A stretch of DNA of 64,000 nt from Zygnema circumcarinatum SAG 698-1b (lineage: Eukaryota; Plantae; Zygnematophyceae): the NCBI GenBank assembly GCA_037447605.1, contig CM074804.1, forward strand, positions 744,001 to 808,000, read 5' to 3'. A model generated the notes under the pieces. It worked only from the letters and a program-made list of their open reading frames with translations. It searched no databases and was not told where the DNA came from. The number at the start of each line of letters is the position of its first letter. Within the stretch, counting starts at the first letter, position 1. Both the position numbers and the translations under genes were made by a program. Below are positions 54,701 to 64,000 of the stretch, in pieces.

Positions 54701-57085
54701 ACTATCCATCAGCTCCTCCTTCGTCATTCCAATGCCTGTGTCACTGCAGCATACACATAGACATAAAATAATTCATCAAAGCAGCGCTTTCTAAAAAACC
54801 AGAAGCACATGCGGAAGAGTGGAACTTTGTTTTTGTTATGCTTATGAAGTTGGCTTGGCAAAGTGGGACTAACATGATCGTGATTGTGCCTGCCTCTCGA
54901 TCAGCCTTAATGCGAATGGCAAGCTCCTGGGTGGCGTCCATGAGTTGAGGCTCCGTCACACTCAAAAAGCGCATTTTGTCCAACGCATCGCTAGCATTGC
55001 TGCACAAGGAGAGGCCTTTCCATGAATCAATTCAGAAATTCCATGGGAATACGATCATAAATTACATCCGGCCGACGGGTCAAGTGCAGAAGAAAGGACT
55101 GAATGCTAAAAAATTAACATTAAGCATTCACAAGCGAGCGAGTGGACATGTTATGAGTCACACAAAAACCCAGGATTAGTAAATCTGAAAGGTCGTCTTT
55201 CCAATGCATGAGTATAAATAACACCTAGTCTATATATGCAACTCGAAACTGACTCAGGTAGGCACCTATTGGGCATTGAGTAAATAACATGGATGTAGCC
55301 TATGAACATATGTTTCAAACTACGTTCAAGTTCAAATTATTTTAAATTCATCACTTCTATTGTTTCGAGAATAAAGAGGTGTCAGTGAATCCCAAAATGT
55401 AAACAGAGTGAACCTTAGCGGATGTGTACAGCTTTCCAGTACCAGGCAAGCTATGTGCGCAAACTCAGAAAACGGTTAAAAGCTTTATTCCTTTAAAACA
55501 GTCGATGTTTCTATGCCTAAGTGCTACGTCTCTGACTTCAATTTGTTGCAAAAGTACGTCCGTTAAAAACTTGAAAAACAAACAGAAGAGCAGAGAACCG
55601 AAGTACTGTAACGAAACTGTTACCTGACGAGCTCTCGTAAAAAGACCTCCTTGTTGGAGTAGAGACTGTGCACAATCAAGTCCAGAAGCCGGCTCACCTG
55701 CAGCATCCCACGTACCCCGACTTAAGAATTCCTATTCACGTGTGAAGGTAATGCCACGCCTATCCAGATCATCACACACTAATAACCTTCTCTCCAGAAT
55801 ATTGAAAACTGTCAGAAACAAATGAAAAAGCCACTATAGAACACATACTTAGTTCTCGCGGCCTCTTTCGCACTTTCCCACCTTCTCTCCCACTCCCCCT
55901 TCCTGCTCTCTCAGCTCTCACCTCGGCCTGGTACTCGAACTTCTCCACAGGTGCCTCGGCTTCCGCCACAGAGGCCCTGCATCGCACAGCGCCCACCATT
56001 CTCTGCTGCCATGTGGGCACATGGGAGCCTGGGACGTGGCCCTGTAGGATTGCATGACCCTCTCCTCCATAAAAAGCGCTCTTGCTTTGAGCTGCAGCGC
56101 TGATCCTGCTCGGCTGAAACCGGGCCCCTGCACTCGCCTGCAAAAAAATAACAGCCAAATTTTCAATATCGTTTTGATTGATCTAAAATAGCCAAGGCCA
56201 AACGTTCCAACTTTCAACAGTTTGTATACAAGACAATACTTTATTTGCTTGATTTGTTACTGGACTTTTCGAATGAGCTGTCAACATATGGCTAGCTTCT
56301 CAGATGACCAGTTCAAATTATATCTAACTTCTCAGATGGGTGGTCCAAAATGTGACTAAGGACCAGCAGTGTTTGCTTCGTGTTTCCCAATAGCCAACCC
56401 GTAAAAGCAGTGATGTCGAATAAAGAAAGAAAGCGGGAAAAGGAAGCGAGAGAGAGAAAGAGAAGGGAGGGGAGTAAGAGAGAAAGGAGGGGAGGAAAAG
56501 AGGGGAAGAGATAGAGAGAGAGGAGGGGCGAGAGGGAGAGAAATGAGGAGATATGAGGGCAGCCGTGGACGTTCCTTAGAATCATTGAGGAAGTGGTCCA
56601 GAAGACAGGTGCGTAATGCAATTACAGTAGACTAGAAAATTTAGCAACTGAGCTGCCATGCTTGAGAGCTTTCCTCAGCAAGAAAGGTTTGCAGAACCAA
56701 TCTTGCAGACGCAAACAGCGACACTCGCAGAGTAACTGCTCGCCTTGTCTAGACCAGACCTAGCGCTTCCTGCAAAGAAATGCTGCAGACTCCGCCACTC
56801 ATTTGCAGCCTCACTTGCAAACACTTAGAAGACTTCCAAACACTTTTAACAGTTCAAAACATAATGTATGAATGAACATACTTCACTTCCAAGATGAAAG
56901 ACGTCAAGCATTTCAACAGTCAGGATTGTAACTATGGACATCACATGCAACATATTAAAAATTAACGACGGCTGTGCGTCACTACGAGCAGTCTGCATCA
57001 CCTTTCTGTTCTGTGAGACCTCGGAGGCACCGCCTGCAAGACTCCTCCCTCCCAGGGCAGGCGCGAGGGTCTGAGCCGCAGCCAT
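48794..57085 (-). CDS. HSP90-5: Plastid HSP90 (HSP90C / HSP90-5)
   Basis: Transit-peptide-like N-terminus, then [22 protein letters not shown]|[25 protein letters not shown]|NASDALDK; [11 protein letters not shown]; [12 protein letters not shown]; [12 protein letters not shown]; [21 protein letters not shown]; KLGCFED; [13 protein letters not shown]. It ends [16 protein letters not shown] (DPW motif, no MEEVD), stop at 48794-48796. An alternative in-frame ATG lies at 57142. Confidence 0.95.
52389..52526. repeat. Tandem duplication of about 67 bp in an HSP90C intron
   Basis: CTCCAATGAAG...CTATCCGCRTCTCTCAAGCTGGAGTTACAT occurs twice, starting at 52389 and 52456. Confidence 0.9.
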
Positions 57086-57280
57086 GGCGGCGCGATTAAG
57101 AGGCGCGGAGGTGGACGACCCTCTGTAAAAGCGCAACAGCATGAGTCGATAAACCCTGCGGCACTTTTAGCCCTCTCGCTCTCTCCCTCTCTCTCGCTTT
57201 CTCCCCTAGCTTTAAGAAGGCGGCGCTCGCCAGTCCCTCTTTCAGGCTTTTATCCATTGTAAACTATACTCAGTGGCCTT

Positions 57281-57381
57281 CCAATAAGGATTCACCACGT
57301 GTGCAAAATTGTACACGTGGCGATCCAACATTGGCGGATGCCTCGAATATAGTTCGCAATGGAGAGAGGCTCTTTCTGGAA
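57281..57381. promoter_or_regulatory. HSP90C proximal promoter: CCAAT box, two G-boxes and a minimal heat-shock element
   Basis: CACGTG at 57296-57301 and 57314-57319; CCAAT at 57281; TTCtgGAA at 57374-57381. Confidence 0.5.
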
Positions 57382-57749
57382 GGGACGGAAGTAAGAAAAA
57401 ATTGTGATCCTTTTTGGAAAAAATTTACTCCTTAAAATTTCCGTGTTCCAACGTTTCATCCCAGCCGTCCAAAAAACGTCGCGAGCTGATCTAATGACAT
57501 AAAAAAGTTTTTCTCCACTCCAAGCGAATCAAGAAATTTCACCACTTGCATCTGCCCTTAGTTGAGAAAAAGAAAAAGAAAATCTGAACGCTAAGTTTTT
57601 CAAGTCTTTGGAACTTTCTAGGGACAGGACGGATCAATACCAAATGACTGCATGCAACGTGGTAATCTATGGACCGTTGGATCGCCTACAGGGCCAGTCT
57701 CCGCCGTCGATTCGGCGGCTTGCCCGGGGCAGGCGGCGGGCGGACGACC

Positions 57750-57762
57750 TTCTAGAAGTTCC
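57750..57762. promoter_or_regulatory. Candidate three-unit heat-shock element upstream of HSP90C
   Basis: TTCtaGAAgtTCC, one mismatch from nTTCnnGAAnnTTCn. Confidence 0.4.
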
Positions 57763-58410
57763 AAAAGGTGAGGACAATCGGTGTACGTACAATTTCGTAC
57801 CTCTCAGGGATGGACTGAATCTAGAGATTCTAGATATGTACGGTCAGCAGAAAACGACGAAAGTTCATTTACATGTTGCGCGTTACAAGTTACAGCTTTT
57901 CTTCAACAGACGAGTTCAGTGGTTTATGGAATCCGGCGTTTCTTGGCAGCCGCATGCATGTCCGCAGTTTTTTCGAGCTTTGAAGTTTGAATGACAGTTG
58001 GTCGCCATAGGCGGTGCTGTACAGAGAATGCTGCCAGCTTTTAGATCCAAACTGCGACCAACTAACTGGTTCAAACTCGATAAAGAGCCGATTCACTAAA
58101 GACACGTGCAGTTGCATATCTAAAACTATCTATGCACTCTGGAACGACGAGAAACCGAAATCATTTGCACCAAAAAGAAGGGAGCATGGACCTATTTCCA
58201 ATACCTTCACTTATTTTCGCTATTCCTTGCAGATCGCCTGCTGTTGCTGTGATGCAAACCCTAAGTTTCTGCACCTGCGGACTTCCTTCTCAGAACATAT
58301 GTACAAGCCGTTCCTGAAAGCAGAATGAAACTGCTGCTGCTGCCTAGCTCAAAGATCTTCTTCAGTGGTTAGAAACCCTAACCATTCTACACGTGCGCCG
58401 TTTCGAAACT

Positions 58411-60663
58411 CTAAACGGCCTCTGGATGAAGAAGCTGCTCCAAGACAGGCGTTGCCCTCTCAGTGCCGAGCCGCTCCACCTGCTTCTCCAAGAAGCGAAC
58501 GTACTCCATTGCCTGGTCCAGCATGGTGGCTATGTCCAGCTTGTCCGCATTCGGCACGAGCGCCTGCCAGTTCATGCGAAGAGACAATCAAATAAGTGAA
58601 ACTCACAAATTGACTTTTTGGAATCACGCATTGCAATCATGTCTTGAAGAACTCCGCCCGCCGACCCTCCGGATCACACACTCAGGGTCAACCCTGCCAG
58701 TATGTACTCTACCATTGAACAGGTCGCCCCTTCAACAACAAATGAAAGCGTTAAGCACATGCAGCACAATGAAAGATAGTTTCTTCGAAGAGATAGTTTA
58801 CCCCTAAGGCTCTGATTTTCTGACTGATTCTTTCCCTTCGATTCCGAGCTGCGATGCTCTGTGGGTCCGTCGCAGTTCCACGCTTCTGCCTCTGAAGTTG
58901 TCGCTGTCGATAAGCCTCCCGAGCAGCTGCAGCCTCTGGGGAAATGCCACGTGGCAAGCTGCTATCCAACCCTAAAGGTTTTACTGCCTGACTTGCTTTC
59001 TGTCCAGGTGTCAAGCTGGCGGAACTAGCAGCAGCTGGTCCGTTCAAACCCTCCGCAAGCTCCACATGGAAACTGTCAATCTTCGCTTTAGTGTTGTTGC
59101 TTCTTGCGCCTCCATGCGCCTTAGCGCTCTTCCTCTTCCCCGCTGCTGATGTCGCCGTAATATCACTAGTAGCCGCAGGTTGAATGTCAGCATCCAGCAT
59201 TGGGATTTCCATGTGAAAATTACTGCTCTGAAGCGGAATCTGTTGCGTAAGAGGGGGAGTTGTCGGCTGCAGGTTCAGAGTATTGGGAGTTGCAGAATTT
59301 CTTGGAGTCTTGGGCTGCATAGACCACTGGTACCCAGAAGCATCTTCAGTAACGGAGCTCGACGGACTCATCATAGCATCTTCACTTAATGTATCGCATG
59401 CCGCCATGGACCCCCCACATTCTTGCGCTGAAACTATCCCATCAAAGGAAGCTTCATGGAAGCCTCTCACAGGAGTGACAGGACAGCCAGCTGGATAGTC
59501 ACCGATGACGGAACTTGAACCTGGAACTGAAACTGAAACTGAACCTGGCCATGGACGATGAAATCGACTCGATATCTGCTCTGTGGGAGGCTGTGGAGCC
59601 GCCGGGGAACAAAACATAGGAGCTTCAGATCCTTCATTTGAAACTAATAAAGGTTCCTCATCCTCCTCCTGTCTGACAGCGGCGCCCCCATTGGCTGCAT
59701 TGTAGACAGTTTCTGGATTTTTTCCGCTGCCGAAAAGGTCAAAATTCAACATAGCATAAGGGGGTAAAGCATCATCCAAAAAGCCACCGACATCGATCAA
59801 GTCGTTCCACAAGGGCTCCACATCTTGAAGTGATGAGTTTGAGAATGGAGGATCGCCCCCAGCCGTCTGATCACAAGCCATCGGAGTGCAGGATCGGGTA
59901 GGGAGGCTCCCACTAAATTCCGTAAAGCTGCATAAAAATTGAGGAAGACCCATGTGACGAAATTTCAGTACGAGACAATGCCATACATTGCACAGGTAAG
60001 AAGATTGACGGTATTCGAATATCGCTCCTTTGCTCTCTCTACTTCGCCTCTCCCACTAATTTTCCGTCCTCCCTCTCCCACTGTTCAACTCGCCTCCCCT
60101 CTCCCATTGCTCCTCTTCCACCCTCACTCCCCTCTCCCCTCTACTGCAGTTCCTCTCCCCCCTCTCTCTCTCTCTCCTCCTGCAGCTCCGCCCTCCCACT
60201 CTTCCTCCCCCCCCCTTGTCCTCTCCCTCCCTCTCTCCCTCCTTTCCCCTGCCCTCTCCCTCCCTCTCTCCCTCCTCCCCACTGCCCTCTCCCACCAGAC
60301 CCTCCCTCCCTCCTTCCTCCCGCCCTCTCCCTCCACCACTCACCTTCCCGGCCCCGCCATCTGTGACCTCTCCGCGGTAAAACCTGTCTTGGATGGCCCC
60401 TCCCCCAGAAGCGCCCCTCCCTCCAACCCGCCTCCCCCGCCTGCCAGGTGGCACAAAAAGCCACCCAGGGCGCTATCTTCCAAAAAGTCTCCCACGTCAG
60501 CGCCCATCAGCAGCTGTTGGCCCCATTCGGGCAGCCCCGAAACGGACGGCTCGTATGCTGCCACGTGGCCAGGTGGTGCCACATGGCGCTCACTCATGCT
60601 GCTGAGGTGGAAATAGCGCCCGCTGAGCTGAGCGGAGGACATGGCAGAGAGTTGGGTCTGCAT
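58411..60663 (-). CDS. bHLH transcription factor related to subfamilies VIII (RSL/HEC) and XI (LRL)
   Basis: Three exons: 60663 to about 60345, about 59928-58802, and 58563-58411. Domain [56 protein letters not shown] at the C-terminus, preceded by about 450 aa of low-complexity sequence. Confidence 0.92.
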
Positions 60664-61336
60664 TGGAGGGGACTACTACGTTTGTGAGTTTAAATGTTTT
60701 TTTTTAGAAATTGGGGCGAAAAAGGAAATTGAAAACTGGGAATTGAGAATTGTGCCTTGTTCCTTTGCTGTTCGATCGAAGGCTTAAACTGAAAGAAAAT
60801 CTGAGCATTGGTTCTATGCTCACCTTCAGTCACTCGGAAACCAATTTGCCCCCTCCTCCCGCTCTCTCCCTCCGTCCGACTGTCGTCCTGTCCCTCGTCT
60901 TTCCTTTGTCCCTCTTTCTTAGCCCTCCTCTCCGTCTCCCTCTCCCTCTCTCTCTCTCCTCTCTTCTCTCCCTCTCTTCTCTCCCCCTCCTCTCTCTCTC
61001 CCTCTCCCTCTCTCTCCCTCTCCTTCTCTCCCTCTCCCTATCCCTCCCTCTCTCCCCCTACGTCGACGCGAGCTCGTCCGCGGCCCCGTTTGAGCTCCAC
61101 AATCGCAGCAGCCCAGTCGCTCAGAGCGTGCCACGTGTCCACCACCTCGCCACGTATGCAGCTCCTCGAGCTGTACGGCCCCAAATCTTGACCCGGCGGG
61201 ACCCCTCATCGGCGAGCCCGCCAATGGGAGAGTCGCTTGGCCCGCGGCGGACCAATCAGAGGCCGGCGGCCGCCCGCGGTGTACAGTACTTTGAAAGGAC
61301 AAAAAACGCGCGCGCGCTCTGCCGACGGTCGCCGGG

Positions 61337-61577
61337 CTAGTACGGACCAAGATGGCTCAAATCAGGTCAAACCCGGCCGAGCAATGCTTGGTTTAGCTCG
61401 AGCAAGATATGGCTCGGGACTTTTTTGCACATTTTGGGCTTGAGTTTGACTCATTGTGTACTGGAATTGAGCCGAGTCATCACTCATCAGTACGAAACGA
61501 GTCGGGTTCGGATCAAAACTGTACGGATGCGGGCCAAGCCAGATCTTCCTCGGAGCGAGCCGGGCCTCCGAATCTAG
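61337..61577. mobile_element. Possible MITE or hAT-type remnant
   Basis: Non-coding stretch rich in dispersed GAGCCGAG/GGCTCG/CTCGAGC/GGGTTCGG motifs in both orientations; the termini (TAGTACGGA vs TCCGAATCTA) match only weakly and no TSD was established. Confidence 0.2.
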
Positions 61578-62369
61578 ACGAGCAATGTCGGAACTGCTCA
61601 AACACGTGTACATAGTACACGTGTACGTGTACAAGGGGGGTCAGACATAATGGGGGTCCACTACAGTATAAGGAATTCGGGAATTTCGTAAGCGATGGTC
61701 AAGGTCTGACTCCCCCGAATATGAGGGGGGTCTACTGTATACTAAAAGTCACAGTTTCGTGTACGAATTCCGGATTGGGATCCTCGGCTCCGCCGAGCCC
61801 AGCTCTACCGAAATGCGCACCTAGCCAATGCTTAATTCGCCCGACAGGCTTACTAAATTGATTTGGCCATGGTCATGCCCCTATTCTTGTGAACGATCGA
61901 ATGCGAGGACTGGCAAGGAGATGGGGGGGCCGTGACGTGACGTCACGCCACACCAGGATAAGTAAATAGAGTGAGTTTTATTTCTTTAGTCAGGTTGACC
62001 GAGTCAGCGCCGACTGACCAAGAAGTAAGCTGAAAGGCCCTCACAGAGGCGGACGCACGCGCACGCGCGCGTCGCCGGCCACGTGGCGAACCGCCACGGG
62101 CTAGCAAGAGGGACGGGCCACGGGCTACAACCATGCCGTTTCGGGCATTGTCAACCGACAATCACAATCCCGCGATTACGAACATCGTACAAAAAAGGGC
62201 CACATCCAGGGCTCCACAGCCTGTTGCCGGTTTCGTGCCGGTACGGTGACGTCGACGACGTTTCGATGACGAAGCGATTCAGAAACACGGTAATATCATC
62301 TTCCCCTGTTCTTTACGTCCTCCCGACATCCATTTTCTTACACTCGCCAGTCTAACAGAAGAGTTGCTG

Positions 62370-63466
62370 CTGATCATTCCGAGGATCCTCCTGGTCTGCT
62401 GAGGATGGAACATGGAGTGGAGTGAAGGGGAGAATGGTGGAAAAATGAAGGAAGAAAAGGATGAAGAAGAAACATCGAGAGTCGAAAGAGCAGAATGGTG
62501 GAGGGGGGAAGGAAAAAAAGGAAGGGAAGTAACATGGAGTGTGATGAAGGGGAGAATGGTGGAGAAAGAAGGAAGAAGAGAAGGAGGAAGGAATTAGATT
62601 GTAGTGAAAAGGAAAATGGTGGAAGGAAGAAGGAAGAAACAGAAGGAGACAGGAACATGGAGTGTGGTGAAGGAAAGATGGTGGAAAGGAGATGGAAGAA
62701 GAAGAAAGAAGAAAAGGAGAAGTGTACTGAAGGAAGAATGGTGTATGGAAGGAAGAAGAAGGTGTTGATGGAGATGAAAGTTACTAACTAACAAGTCAGT
62801 CCGTTAGCTTGTCAGGTTGTCGGGAAGTCTGTCAGTCTGTCCGTTAGTCAGTCGTCTGTCTGTCGGACAGTATGTGTGTCCGTCTGTCAGTCAGTCTGTC
62901 GGTCGTCGGGCAGTCTGCGAGTTAGTCGGTTTGTCGGTCGGTTTGTCGGCCAGTTCGCGTGTCCGTCCGTCAGTCAGTCGGCTAGTCCGCCAGTCCTCTG
63001 GACTATAAAGACTTTGTCTGTCGGCTAGTCCGCCATTTTAAAAACCTCTTATGTGGAATTTTCGACTAAGATAAGGTTCGTATCTATTTTTATTTTCATA
63101 TGTAAAATGACAAATAACCATACTTTGATTTCTGAAGGACCCAGTCCTGGAGATAACGAAATTCCGAAACACCGATAAGGTTCGTATCTATGTTTATTTT
63201 CATATGTAAAAAGACAAATAACCCTAATTTGATTTCTGAAGGACCCAGTCCTGGAGATAACGAAAATCAGAAACACCGAAAAGGTTCGTATCTATGTTTA
63301 TTTTCATATGTAAAATGACAAATAACCGTACTTTGATTTCTGAAGGACCCAGTCCTGGAGATAACGAAGATCGAAAAGAGCGGAAATCGTCAAACTTGGA
63401 AATCCGCATCAAAACAGGTTCGTACTTCAATTTCTCATTCCTCCCACTTTTATAGTTTTCAGAAAG
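62370..63466. mobile_element. Composite repeat, possibly a non-autonomous Helentron (DINE-1/HINE-like)
   Basis: GA-rich degenerate repeat (62405-62790), GTCN microsatellite (62795-63030), then 104-bp tandem repeats. No coding capacity. The classification rests on architecture only. Confidence 0.35.
63073..63369. repeat. 104-bp tandem repeat, about 2.9 copies
   Basis: AAGGTTCGTATCTAT starts at 63073, 63177 and 63281; GAAGGACCCAGTCCTGGAGATAACGAA is present in all three units. Confidence 0.95.
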
Positions 63467-63679
63467 ACAGAAGAGTTGTAGAGGTAAACCGGTAGGAAGA
63501 ATGGTAGAAGACAGGAGGAAGAAAAGAAAGAGAGAGAGAGAGCTTTTACCATTTTTTTTTCCTTTTCTTTTTCTTCTTTAATAATGTTTTTGTTTTTTTC
63601 CATTATGTGAGTGTCGGCGTGTGTGTGGCTATGTCTGTATGTTTGTCTGACTGTGCGCATTCTTTTATCTGAAAATAGA

Positions 63680-63880
63680 AAAAAAAAAAACAAAATAATA
63701 TTACAACAGAAGGCCTAATGTTGTAATAATTACATTGTTTTTTTTTTTTTCTCTGCGAGTGTTTTTGTGTGCGGCAGAATTTGCGTGTGTGATTTTTCTA
63801 CAAATAAGAAAAAAAAAAAAAAAGGAAACAAACTACTACACATAGGGCCCTATGTTGTATAGTTTGTTTTTTTTTTTTTC
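63680..63880. repeat. Two related palindromic/hairpin units about 134 bp apart
   Basis: ATTACAACA(63700-63708)..AGGCCT..TGTTGTAAT(63719-63727), and the perfect 16-bp palindrome ACATAGGGCCCTATGT (63840-63855) with AAACAAACTA/TAGTTTGTTT arms; each is flanked by poly-A on the left and poly-T on the right. Confidence 0.85.
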
Positions 63881-64000
63881 GACTGTGATGATGTTTGTGC
63901 GTGTCTCAATTTGCGTGTTAGACTAAAAAACAAGGGTTTTTATGATTTCTTAGACATTTTCTATTTTCAAGATTTTTAGGAATTTTAAGATTTTTAAGGT

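Noticed and set aside
55250-55352. GTGATGA...CTGA in an HSP90C intron (sense strand)
   Set aside because: No terminal stem or identifiable guide; such motifs arise often by chance.
57608-57994. 128-aa plus-strand ORF between HSP90C and the bHLH
   Set aside because: TTG start, no recognisable motif; overlaps the HSP90C promoter and the bHLH 3' region.
59939-61350. Several Pro/Leu/Ser- or Gly/Arg-rich ORFs
   Set aside because: Products of CT-rich tracts; only 60663 to about 60345 on the minus strand is coding.
62374-63008. ORFs in the terminal repeat block
   Set aside because: Low-complexity translations with no transposase, RT or Rep motifs.
63073-63369. 104-bp array as a CRISPR
   Set aside because: Whole units are similar to each other, with no unique spacers.

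Overview
Gene-dense, intron-rich eukaryotic nuclear DNA from a green plant. The gene set (HD2, PPD6, HSP90C, SURNod19, a subfamily VIII-like bHLH) points to a streptophyte, probably a streptophyte alga; that taxonomic call is inference. I assembled eleven spliced protein genes by hand from GT/GC-AG junctions: RECQ4-type helicase (5' end off-window), DEK, HD2/HDT, PPD6, a family-A DNA polymerase, SURNod19, an RFC1-like clamp loader, CTU1, NUDT9, plastid HSP90C and a bHLH factor. Exon limits are manual and approximate unless stated. The most notable items are: (1) a helicase-less Pol theta/Pol nu-type family-A polymerase with intact catalytic motifs; (2) a divergent RFC1-clade protein with no recognisable BRCT domain, about 5.5 kb away; (3) their proximity to RECQ4, DEK and HD2; (4) a bHLH mixing RSL, LRL and HEC features; and (5) a gene-free right end whose repeat layout resembles DINE-1/HINE non-autonomous Helentrons. 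I found no rRNA, tRNA or CRISPR array. Most short ORFs in the supplied track are intronic, antisense or microsatellite artefacts.
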